Source: Kiritimatiellia bacterium
GTDB lineage: Bacteria > Verrucomicrobiota > Kiritimatiellia > SLAD01
NCBI GenBank assembly: GCA_007123265.1
Contig: SKLK01000273.1
Coordinates: 1 to 34,037 of the forward strand
Reading direction: 5' to 3'
Length of the DNA: 34,037 nucleotides
This document shows, piece by piece, positions 26,386 through 34,037 of this stretch (position 1 is the first letter of the stretch; each line of letters starts with the position of its first letter). A model generated the notes under the pieces. The model searched no databases, was not told the origin of the DNA, and saw only the letters and a program-made list of their open reading frames with translations. The translations under genes and the position numbers were made by a program.

Positions 26386-27531
26386 TCATCGATCCGGCAC
26401 CGAGCTCAATCCATCTGCAGGTGGCCGCTCCAAGGACAAGGGCGGTGCCATACTGCGGGGACGACGCGGACGCCGGTTTTTTCGGTCAATGAATGCGCGC
26501 ACGTCGTCCATTACCAAAAGCCCGACCACGCGGCCATGGGCGATGACAGGGAAGACATCCTGTTTCGCCGCCAATAAATCCGGCAATACATGCGCCAGTG
26601 GCGCCTCGGCATGAAATCCCAAGTAGCCGCGCACGACATGCTCACGAATCGGCTGCTCCACCCCTTTGTCCCGCACAGCGTCCATCCAGCGGCGGGCCGG
26701 CAGAATACCAATGATCCCCCCCTGGTGGCCCACCAGAAAATGTTCATCACCATGCCACTGATATTCCTCTAAACAACGCCGCACCGTGTCGTCGATCTGC
26801 AGTACACCGAAATCCTTGCGCATCAACAAACCGACGGAGACATTCTTGAGCGCAGCCTTCATGCGCACCATCCGATTTTCACTATCCGCGCCCAGGAATA
26901 CGAACACGCCGATCAAGGCCAGGAACGGATTCAGATACAGCCCCACCAACACAAATCCAACCGCGACTACGCGGCCGATCCCCGACGCCCAGGCAGTGGC
27001 CAAAGGGTAACTCAAATGCATGGCCAGCACCGCCCGCAACATGCGGCCACCATCCATGGGGAAGGCGGGCAACAGATTGAACGCGATCAAAATCATATTG
27101 GCGCGAACCAAGGCGTCAACCAGTTCGGGAACCGATTGGGGAATCAGTGGAATATTGAGCCATGCGGGAAACCCGGCAAACGGCACCAGGATCGCCAAGA
27201 TGACGACATTAACCATAGGGCCCGCCACCGCGATCCACAATTCCTGCCAAGGATCCTCGGGCATCGCTTTCATGGCCGCGACCCCGCCGATCGGCAACAA
27301 GGTGATACTACTCACGCCAATCCCGAATCGAAGCGCCACAACACTGTGCCCTAGCTCATGCAAAATCACACAAACGAAAAGGAGCACGATCAGAGCCACG
27401 GCCCATGCGCTGGCTGAAGCGCCCGCATAACTCCAGCCCAGCCAGGCGATCCATCCGATCAATAAGAAGAAGCTAATGTGGATACCCAGCCGAATCCCCA
27501 GTACGCGACCAAGCGGAATCGACCACTTCAT
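26386..27531 (-). CDS. Site-2 protease (M50) with C-terminal CBS domains
   Basis: HELGH zinc motif, LLPIGGVA, IAVAGP, FNLLPAFPMDGGR and multiple TM helices, followed by a degenerate CBS pair. Confidence 0.93.
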   Translation of the reverse strand: MKWSIPLGRVLGIRLGIHISFFLLIGWIAWLGWSYAGASASAWAVALIVLLFVCVILHELGHSVVALRFGIGVSSITLLPIGGVAAMKAMPEDPWQELWIAVAGPMVNVVILAILVPFAGFPAWLNIPLIPQSVPELVDALVRANMILIAFNLLPAFPMDGGRMLRAVLAMHLSYPLATAWASGIGRVVAVGFVLVGLYLNPFLALIGVFVFLGADSENRMVRMKAALKNVSVGLLMRKDFGVLQIDDTVRRCLEEYQWHGDEHFLVGHQGGIIGILPARRWMDAVRDKGVEQPIREHVVRGYLGFHAEAPLAHVLPDLLAAKQDVFPVIAHGRVVGLLVMDDVRAFIDRKNRRPRRPRSMAPPLSLERPPADGLSSVPDR

Positions 27532-29129
27532 CGTCCCGCTCCACGGACGCGCTCAACCGCCGCCTGCCCATCCTCAATTACAATGTCCGGGTTCGCCCGC
27601 AAAAAGTCGCGAACCGCCGTGCGCGTTTGAATATCGGTCATGCGCAATCGGTTGATCGGGTCATCGGCCAATCGCCGCGCGGCCATGAAGCGGCCACCGC
27701 CCGACGCCAGAACATAACTATTCAACGCCACCGGCACCCGTTGCCGGGCGTGGATGGGACGGCCATCGGCCCAGCGCATGTTGCGCACCCGCGATCCTGG
27801 AGCGGCTTGGTCATGCAATTCGTAGTGGATGCCGTATACACCTAAGAACTGGCCACTGCGAATGTGCTCCACGTTTTGCTCAAGTATTTCCCGGATTTCG
27901 CGTACGGTCAGGAGTAGCACGCCAATCGTATTTTCGTACGGTACAATTCGCCAGATATCCCGTTCGTATACCGTGCCGGCCGCCAATGACTCATCCGACA
28001 ACCGGCCATGCAAGACAATATCCGCGCCCACGGCGGCGGCCATGGAGCGGGCAATCAATTGCTGTACCCCGGATTGGCCCGGTGTGCGGGTGCGCGCGGT
28101 TAAATCGGCCCCCAACCGGCCCACGGCTTGACGACTGCGGACGCGTGCTTCATCCAGTTGCGGCTGCAACGCGGCCTGTAACCCGGCGTGCTGCGGGTAG
28201 GCGTCGCCGACGCGAATGACGCGGGCCGAACGATCGATTACACGACGCGCAACCGTGTCGTAAACCAACGTCGCTTTCCCCAGCCAAATTCCGTAATAAC
28301 CCGCCTGCGTATACAGGACCCCGTTCACACGCACCTGATCGACCGGCTGATGACTATGCCCACCGATGATCAGGTCAAACTCGGGGAAATAGCGGGCGAT
28401 GCGATTGATTTGATTGGCAGGGCTGTCGCCAAAGGGACGATAGCCTTGGTGGACCACCAACACCATGATATCCGGACGCTCGGCCCGCACCATCGGCAGC
28501 ACCCGGCGCAACGAGTCCACCGAGTCCTCAAAGACCACGTCCCCCAACAAGTCCGGCCGAATCCAATGCGGGATATAGTCCGTGGTAAGCCCCACCAAGG
28601 CGACGCGGACCCCATCCACCTGGCGAATCAAATAGGGACGCACATCCGGAAGCGGATTCATGGCGCCGGGGCGTGTACCTACATTCGCGGCAAGCACCGG
28701 CACAGCGGATCGGCGAACCGCGTTCGCCAACACATCGATGCCCCAATCAAACTCATGATTGCCTAGCACCCACGCGTCGTACTTCAGCCAAGCCAGCGCT
28801 TCGTTCATAATCTGTCCGCGCGACAAATAGCTTTCAATGCCACCTTGATACAAATCGCCGGCATCGACCAATAAGGCATTTGGATATTGATCGCGCAGTT
28901 CTTCAATCAAAGTGGCACAGCGAAGGAGGCCGCCTAAGCCTTCCGTGCCATCGTAATCGCGCGCCGGCCAGACGTGGCCATGAAGATCGGTGGTGTGCAA
29001 AATTACAACCTGCGCCTGTCGCGCAAACGCCGACACAGGCCACATGTGGACGATCAGCCCCAGCACGCATACGAACCTCAGAGTGCGTCGCGAAAGTGAT
29101 GACCAACAGTGTCCAATGGAAAGGACCAT
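27528..29129 (-). CDS. Bifunctional metallophosphatase / 5'-nucleotidase (UshA/CpdB-like), exported
   Basis: Signal-like N-terminus (..VSAFA), HTTDLHG, DAGD, LGNHEFDWG, VVHQG, GGHSH and a C-terminal domain with PYENT and NSYVLASGGG. Confidence 0.9.
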   Translation of the reverse strand: MVLSIGHCWSSLSRRTLRFVCVLGLIVHMWPVSAFARQAQVVILHTTDLHGHVWPARDYDGTEGLGGLLRCATLIEELRDQYPNALLVDAGDLYQGGIESYLSRGQIMNEALAWLKYDAWVLGNHEFDWGIDVLANAVRRSAVPVLAANVGTRPGAMNPLPDVRPYLIRQVDGVRVALVGLTTDYIPHWIRPDLLGDVVFEDSVDSLRRVLPMVRAERPDIMVLVVHQGYRPFGDSPANQINRIARYFPEFDLIIGGHSHQPVDQVRVNGVLYTQAGYYGIWLGKATLVYDTVARRVIDRSARVIRVGDAYPQHAGLQAALQPQLDEARVRSRQAVGRLGADLTARTRTPGQSGVQQLIARSMAAAVGADIVLHGRLSDESLAAGTVYERDIWRIVPYENTIGVLLLTVREIREILEQNVEHIRSGQFLGVYGIHYELHDQAAPGSRVRNMRWADGRPIHARQRVPVALNSYVLASGGGRFMAARRLADDPINRLRMTDIQTRTAVRDFLRANPDIVIEDGQAAVERVRGAGR

Positions 29130-29139
29130 GGTGCACCCG

Positions 29140-30402
29140 TCAAGCGATCTTCAGCGTCTTGTCTTCCATGCCGAGCGCCGTCCGGTGGCCAGCCACCACG
29201 GCTTTGTCGATCCGGCACTTCTTGATCGTTCCTTTGCGCGGGACATCGTACATGACATCCAACATGATATGCTCCAAAATCGCGCGTAGCCCGCGCGCGC
29301 CGGTCCCCTTTTGATGAGCGATATGCGCAATTTCGCGTAAGGCCGAGGGTGTGAACGTGAGCTCGACGCCTTCCATGGCCAACAGCTTGGTGTACTGGCG
29401 CACCATGGAATTGCGCGGCTCGGTTAAGATCCGCACCAAGTCATCCTCGGACAAGCCGTCCAGCTTACAAACCACAGGCAACCGCCCAACGAACTCGGGA
29501 ATCAATCCGAAACGAAGCAAATCCTCCGTTTCCGCAATCAGGAGGGGCTCATCCTGGACAGACGCCGACGCCGCGCCTGAATGGCCGAAACCCAACCGCC
29601 CTTTACCGCGCCGACGCTTGATCAGCTCGTCGATCCCGACAAACGCCCCGCCGCAGATGAAGAGGATGTGCTCCGTATTGAGTTTGATATACTCTTGCTG
29701 CGGATGTTTGCGGCCGCCTTGTGGCGGAATGTTGGCGACCGTTCCTTCGAGGATCTTGAGCAGCGCCTGCTGCACACCTTCCCCGGATACATCGCGGGTG
29801 ATCGACACATTTTCCGTCTTCCGCCCAATCTTGTCGATTTCATCAATATAAATGATGCCCCGCTCCGCCCGTTCCACATTGAAATCCGCAGATTGCAACA
29901 AGCGCAACAGGATGTTCTCGACATCTTCACCCACGTAGCCCGCTTCCGTCAGCGTGGTCGCATCCGAGATGCTAAACGGCACATCCAGAATCCGGGCCAG
30001 TGTTTTGGCTAACAAGGTCTTACCGGAACCCGTCGGACCGATCATCATGATGTTGCTTTTCTCCAGCTCCACCTCGTCGTCCGCCTCGCTTCCTGCGGCG
30101 ACCAAGTCGGCTTTGTGCTTCAGCCGCTTGTAGTGATTGTGGACCGCCACCGAAAAGACTTTCTTCGCTTGATCCTGACCAATGATATACTCGTCCAACT
30201 GGGCCTTGAGCTCATGCGGCTTGGGCACCAGCAACGGTTCGGTCCGTTTTTTTTCGCGCCGCGGATTGTCTTTCGTAATGAGCGACTGGCAGAGATCAAC
30301 GCACTGATCACAAATCCATACGTTAGGACCTGCGATCAGCCGCTCCACCTCACTCTGCATCTTACCGCAAAACGAGCATTTAGGTATCCCGGTTCTGGCC
30401 AC
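29140..30402 (-). CDS. clpX: ATP-dependent Clp protease ATP-binding subunit ClpX
   Basis: Zn finger CSFCGK...[33 protein letters not shown] loop and TGARGLR. GGAG RBS with a GTG start. Confidence 0.98.
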   Translation of the reverse strand: MARTGIPKCSFCGKMQSEVERLIAGPNVWICDQCVDLCQSLITKDNPRREKKRTEPLLVPKPHELKAQLDEYIIGQDQAKKVFSVAVHNHYKRLKHKADLVAAGSEADDEVELEKSNIMMIGPTGSGKTLLAKTLARILDVPFSISDATTLTEAGYVGEDVENILLRLLQSADFNVERAERGIIYIDEIDKIGRKTENVSITRDVSGEGVQQALLKILEGTVANIPPQGGRKHPQQEYIKLNTEHILFICGGAFVGIDELIKRRRGKGRLGFGHSGAASASVQDEPLLIAETEDLLRFGLIPEFVGRLPVVCKLDGLSEDDLVRILTEPRNSMVRQYTKLLAMEGVELTFTPSALREIAHIAHQKGTGARGLRAILEHIMLDVMYDVPRKGTIKKCRIDKAVVAGHRTALGMEDKTLKIA

Positions 30403-30414
30403 ATTAACTCCTGA

Positions 30415-31041
30415 TTACGACTTCGCCGACTCCGACCCGCCTTTGCCACCTTTGGCCACCACCTCATCAACGAGCCCATAGCTCTTCGCCTCGGCGGCGC
30501 TCATAAAGAAATCGCGCTCGGTATCCCGCGCGATATCCTCGACCGATTTCTTGGTGTGAAACGATAAGATTCCATTCAAGGTATCCCGCAACCGCAAGAT
30601 TTCCTTGGCCTGAATGCTGATATCGGATGCTTGCCCCTGCACCCCACCCCACGGTTGGTGAATCATGATCCGCGCATTCGGCAAGGCAAACCGCTTGCCC
30701 GTGGCCCCGGCGGTGAGCAGCACGGCGCCCATACTGGCCGCCTGTCCCACACAATAGGTGTTCACGTCGCACTTGAGGAACTGCATCGTATCATAGATCG
30801 CCAAACCCGCCGTTACCGAGCCGCCGGGCGAATTGATGTATAGGTTGACATCCTTCTCCGCATCCTCCCCTTGCAGGAAAAGCATCTGGGCAATAATCAA
30901 GTTCGCCACATCATCGTTGATGGCCGTACCGATAAAGACGATCCGCTCCTTCAGCAGGCGCGAAAAAATGTCGTACGCACGTTCGCCCCGGCTCGTCTGC
31001 TCGACGACCATGGGCACTAGCATTTGGTTCAATTCTGACAT
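30415..31041 (-). CDS. clpP: ATP-dependent Clp protease proteolytic subunit
   Basis: [35 protein letters not shown] (Ser), MIHQP (His) and RDFF (Asp). AGGAG RBS before ATG 31041. Confidence 0.98.
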   Translation of the reverse strand: MSELNQMLVPMVVEQTSRGERAYDIFSRLLKERIVFIGTAINDDVANLIIAQMLFLQGEDAEKDVNLYINSPGGSVTAGLAIYDTMQFLKCDVNTYCVGQAASMGAVLLTAGATGKRFALPNARIMIHQPWGGVQGQASDISIQAKEILRLRDTLNGILSFHTKKSVEDIARDTERDFFMSAAEAKSYGLVDEVVAKGGKGGSESAKS

Positions 31042-31049
31042 AAAAACTC

Positions 31050-32351
31050 CTATGGGTCGCTGATCACGGCCTGCTCCATCAACCAATCGATGGTCATGGA
31101 GCGCCGCAATTCCTCTTCGACTGTATCCACTGTATCACGCTTTTTCAACTCTGCCCGCAATTGATCCGGTTTCATCCCGTAGCCAGCAGCCAATCGCTGA
31201 ATATGTTCATCCAGCGCTTTGGCTGAAACGGTCACATCCTCCGTATCAGCAATGCGATCAAGGACAAGTTGCGCTTTGACGCGATTCTCCGCGTTGCGAC
31301 TGGCCATGTCCATGATCTCATCCTTCTTCTCCATCAGCATCTCTTGCGCCGCACCGCGTCGCGTATTCTCGCGAATCACGTCCTGAACAATCTGTGAGGT
31401 CTCACGAGAGACCGCCGTGGGCGGCAAATCGACCGACCAGTCTTTGATCAAATGATCCACAATGGCATTTCGCAATCGCTCGGTTTCCCGCTGCGAAGCC
31501 GCACGCTCGAGATCCTCGCGGATACGGGTGCGCAGTTCGGCGTCGTCCGCTACGCCCAATCGCTTATAGAACTCTTCGTCCAGCTCAGGCAGCCGTTTGC
31601 GTCGCATCCCCTTCACATCCACAAAGTATGCTGCTTTCTTGCCGGCCAACGGCTTGGCGGCAAAATCAGCCGGGAAATCAACTTGGATCTGGCGCTTTTC
31701 GCCAATTTCCGCGCCCACCACACCATCCGCAAACTCCGGAATAAAGGCGTTATCGTCGGCTTGCATCCAAAAGTCTTCGCGCTTGCCCAGCCCCTTGGTT
31801 TCCTCGCCCATGTCCTCGATCGCCTGCCCTTCACAGGTCCCTTCATAATCGACTTGAACCAAATCGCCCCGCTGCACCGGCCCCTCGGTCACCTCATCGA
31901 ACGACGCGAATTGCTCGGCGATATTGGTGATGGTCTCATCGACCTTACTTTCATCGACGGCCTCTGTCTTTCGCTCTAACGCGATACCTTTGTAGTTCGG
32001 CAAATCAAAGTCCGGCGCCACTTCCACCGTCACCGCGAAGCGCATCGGCTGCCCCAGCTCGACGATGGGCTCATCGAGGTCCATGACTTGAACCACCGTT
32101 AACGCCTTGTCCTTAATGGCCTGTTGATACCCTTCCGGAACCAATTGATCGCGCACGTCCTTTATAATGTCTTTTGCATATCGCCGCTCGACCACCTTGG
32201 CCGGGGCTTTACCGGGTCGAAAGCCGGCGATTCGCGCGACTTTTGCATACTGCTTCAGCGCCAGCTCATAATCGGCTTGAACCCGTTCCACGGGCCATTC
32301 AATCGTCAATTTTTTGCGGCATGTTCCCGCATCTTCCACTGTCACATTCAT
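31050..32351 (-). CDS. tig: Trigger factor
   Basis: Ribosome-binding signature GFRPGKAP, an FKBP-like domain ([20 protein letters not shown]...LAGK) and the conserved tig-clpP-clpX order. Confidence 0.96.
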   Translation of the reverse strand: MNVTVEDAGTCRKKLTIEWPVERVQADYELALKQYAKVARIAGFRPGKAPAKVVERRYAKDIIKDVRDQLVPEGYQQAIKDKALTVVQVMDLDEPIVELGQPMRFAVTVEVAPDFDLPNYKGIALERKTEAVDESKVDETITNIAEQFASFDEVTEGPVQRGDLVQVDYEGTCEGQAIEDMGEETKGLGKREDFWMQADDNAFIPEFADGVVGAEIGEKRQIQVDFPADFAAKPLAGKKAAYFVDVKGMRRKRLPELDEEFYKRLGVADDAELRTRIREDLERAASQRETERLRNAIVDHLIKDWSVDLPPTAVSRETSQIVQDVIRENTRRGAAQEMLMEKKDEIMDMASRNAENRVKAQLVLDRIADTEDVTVSAKALDEHIQRLAAGYGMKPDQLRAELKKRDTVDTVEEELRRSMTIDWLMEQAVISDP

Positions 32352-32406
32352 CCACTATCCTCATTTCCTTGCCGTACCGGTCGGCCGTTTTTCGTAAAAG
32401 GCCGTA

Positions 32407-32435
32407 AACATAGACCCCTGCGGGTTCAAGGTCAA
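32407..32435 (-). promoter_or_regulatory. Putative sigma70 promoter of tig-clpP-clpX
   Basis: TTGACC (32435-32430), 17 bp, TATGTT (32412-32407), about 55 bp upstream of the tig ATG. Confidence 0.6.
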
Positions 32436-32820
32436 GGCAGGCGTTTGGGCAGACTATCCCTCAACGTCTTGATCTACCAAACCAGCTGAACCCCGTACGG
32501 GGCAAAGTGTTGGACACTTGTGCAAACAGACAACTTTTCGGTCAGCGCCTGACAAATGATTAACCGGTCGAACGGGTCGCGGTGGTGAAAGTCAAGAGCG
32601 CGATGAGAGGGCAGGCGGAGCGCGAGGTGGCGATTGGTTTGTTCAGGGGCTGGGTTGAGCAGGAAGACGACTCAGGCCAGACGCCTCAAGATCTACGCGA
32701 ACAAAGCCCTCCGATCTGGTTTGGCGGTGCGCGAAATTACGCGAGGAGCGTCGATCATCATGATATGGCGTCCATCCGTCTCAGCATCGACCGCAGCCGA
32801 GCTGATAGGGAAAGGATTCC

Positions 32821-33009
32821 GTGAAAGTCGGACTGGATACCATTGGCGCTGCGGCAGCCGTCCTGGCCGTTCCGAGCCTGGCAAGAGCCAAACCCGGGTT
32901 CATCGACCGCATGATCCATGCGGAATACGAAATGTCCGCAAAGGAAATGCTCTCCTTCGAGAAAGCTGCCGGGCGCCTAAGAGGCGCACGCGTGCTCACG
33001 GTGGGCTAA
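32821..33009 (+). CDS. Possible small hypothetical protein or gene remnant (62 aa)
   Basis: AAAGGA RBS-like sequence before the GTG and a signal-peptide-like AAAAVLAVPSLARA. No recognisable family. Confidence 0.25.
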   Translation: MKVGLDTIGAAAAVLAVPSLARAKPGFIDRMIHAEYEMSAKEMLSFEKAAGRLRGARVLTVG

Positions 33010-33086
33010 GGCCGTCTTGCATCAACCACACGGAATCACTGCCGATCGCTCGTATACCAGAGAACCACGAAATCCCCCAAAAGCCC

Positions 33087-33109
33087 CCGTTAGGGACAGA
33101 GAAACTGTG
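33087..33109 (+). repeat. 23-bp direct repeat, left copy (CCGTTAGGGACAGAGAAACTGTG)
   Basis: Identical to 33959-33981. Its first 21 bp also occur at 33934-33954. Confidence 0.9.
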
Positions 33110-33171
33110 TCACGAAATTCAGGAAAAGGCACGAAAGAGGTCCATTCAAAATCGTATTGCGTAGTCTCAGG

Positions 33172-33627
33172 TTACCCTATGTGTCCTGTGTCTACGCGCT
33201 CCGGCCATACGTTAAGACCAGCGAATTTGGCTAGTTCGCGTTGGCGTTCATCATAGGTGACAAACCTTTGGGGTTCGATTTGGCGGGCGAAGGCCACATG
33301 CAGGATATCCATCGTACGGCATCCGATTCGGGCCGTTTCGCGGGATAGCGCATGGAATGCGACCATAAGCGCCGTACGCGATACTCCGGGCACGAAGTAT
33401 TGGCCAATCTGCTTGCGACGTTCGTAGTGTGCGATTTGATTGGCCGCCTGTGACTCAGTCAACTCACCCCAAAAAACCTTGAGGCGCAATGCATTGCACA
33501 ACTCCGCTTCCAACATATCCCAGACGGGCAAGGGATGATCCTGACTAGCGATGAAACGCTGTAACGGCACGGATTCGGATTCAAAAATGTAAAGCTTCAC
33601 GAAAGCGCTGGTGTCGAGATAGATCAC
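33172..33627 (-). CDS. vapC: VapC family PIN-domain toxin
   Basis: YLDTSAFVKLY, a conserved Glu (EAELCNAL), RTMDILHVAFA and FVTYDERQ. The GTG start overlaps the antitoxin stop (GTGA). Confidence 0.92.
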   Translation of the reverse strand: MIYLDTSAFVKLYIFESESVPLQRFIASQDHPLPVWDMLEAELCNALRLKVFWGELTESQAANQIAHYERRKQIGQYFVPGVSRTALMVAFHALSRETARIGCRTMDILHVAFARQIEPQRFVTYDERQRELAKFAGLNVWPERVDTGHIG

Positions 33628-33854
33628 CAGCGTCCATCCCGGTCAGCCCGCACGGCATCCGTGCCCGACCGCCCGGTTGCACGTATAGCTGTGGGTAGAT
33701 GATCCTCCCAAGCGAGAACAGGTCGGGGCGCAGCGGGAATAATCCGGGCTGCGGGTCTCCCTCGATTCAAGACTTCAAAGGTTTCCCCGTTATGAACCTG
33801 CCGCTCAATTTCCGCCCAATGCGCCTTCATTTCACGAACAGATATCGTCTTCAT
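33624..33854 (-). CDS. Phd/YefM family antitoxin
   Basis: MKTISVREMKAHWAEIERQVHNGETFEVLNRGRPAARIIP matches the Phd N-terminal fold pattern. It is 76 aa and lies immediately upstream of the PIN toxin. Confidence 0.9.
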   Translation of the reverse strand: MKTISVREMKAHWAEIERQVHNGETFEVLNRGRPAARIIPAAPRPVLAWEDHLPTAIRATGRSGTDAVRADRDGRW

Positions 33855-33860
33855 AGATCA

Positions 33861-33889
33861 AGATTACACCTTAAAATACATTATGTCAA
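33861..33889 (-). promoter_or_regulatory. Sigma70 promoter of the TA operon, probably leaderless
   Basis: TTGACA (33889-33884), 17 bp, TAATCT (33866-33861), then 6 nt and the ATG. No Shine-Dalgarno sequence. Confidence 0.7.
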
Positions 33890-33920
33890 TTTTACGATAT
33901 ACAAATTGAGACTCAAGCGG

Positions 33921-33981
33921 AATCCGTTAGAATCCGTTAGGGACAGAGAAACTGAAATCCGTTAGGGACAGAGAAACTGTG
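33921..33981 (+). repeat. Stuttered tandem array of the direct repeat (right copies)
   Basis: AATCCGTTAG (33921-33930), then AATCCGTTAGGGACAGAGAAACTG at 33931-33954 and again at 33956-33979 followed by TG. Confidence 0.9.
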
Positions 33982-33999
33982 GCATGACCAGAATTCGTT

Positions 34000-34023
34000 G
34001 CCGAGCTGGGGCTCGGCGTTCCC
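34000..34023 (-). repeat. REP-like palindromic element
   Basis: Minus strand GGGAAC-GCCGAGC-CCCA-GCTCGGC: a short leader followed by a perfect 7-bp GC stem. Only one copy is visible in this window. Confidence 0.4.
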
Positions 34024-34037
34024 GGGATATCGGCGAA

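Noticed and set aside
27430-27455. WxxWxxW (WIAWLGW) in the M50 protease as a C-mannosylation site
   Set aside because: It lies within a predicted transmembrane helix, and WRSW in CoaE is cytoplasmic. Both are probably chance matches.
32352-32600. tRNA-Leu upstream of tig, common in other bacteria
   Set aside because: I could not find a cloverleaf with a properly placed T-loop and acceptor stem on either strand. The GGTTCAAG at about 32423 is part of the promoter spacer.
33004-33095. Integron attC site (GGCTAAG...GTTAGGG)
   Set aside because: The inverse core is not RYYYAAC, there is no L-box or stem complementarity, and identity between repeats extends about 20 bp past GTT, unlike attC junctions.
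33864-33891. The chromosomal dif / replication terminus
   Set aside because: The XerC arm is weak, and the long run of housekeeping genes points away from this site rather than toward it. It is kept only as a dif-like motif.
33087-33981. CRISPR array made of the 23-24-bp repeats
   Set aside because: The copies are either directly adjacent or about 850 bp apart, with no regular unique spacers and no cas genes.

Overview
This is a GC-rich bacterial chromosome segment, probably from the PVC superphylum and possibly Kiritimatiellota or Verrucomicrobiota. That placement is inferred from the Amuc_1098-1101-type pilus cluster, the coaE-rho order and the gene content. Most genes are housekeeping: priA, a yjbQ-family gene, a DinG/YoaA helicase, ctpA, tsaD, rho, coaE, a stand-alone 5'-3' exonuclease, a TrmJ-type methylase, M42 and M50 peptidases, a 5'-nucleotidase and tig-clpP-clpX. 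The window also holds envelope genes (a small beta-barrel, two membrane-anchored TPR proteins, a VWA protein) and a four-gene type IV pilus/T2SS-like cluster (PilM-PilN fusion, Amuc_1100-like, Amuc_1099-like, giant acidic secretin). The strongest candidate novelty is a 673-aa GT-C-fold membrane protein at 14339-16360. It lacks the oligosaccharyltransferase WWDYG motif but carries a co-linear set of motifs matching eukaryotic DPY19 tryptophan C-mannosyltransferases, and it lies two genes downstream of the secretin. At the right end a vapBC toxin-antitoxin module is bracketed by exact 23-bp direct repeats. It has an apparently leaderless promoter overlapping a dif-like site, and a REP-like hairpin lies nearby. 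All family calls come from motif recognition by eye; no searches were run.
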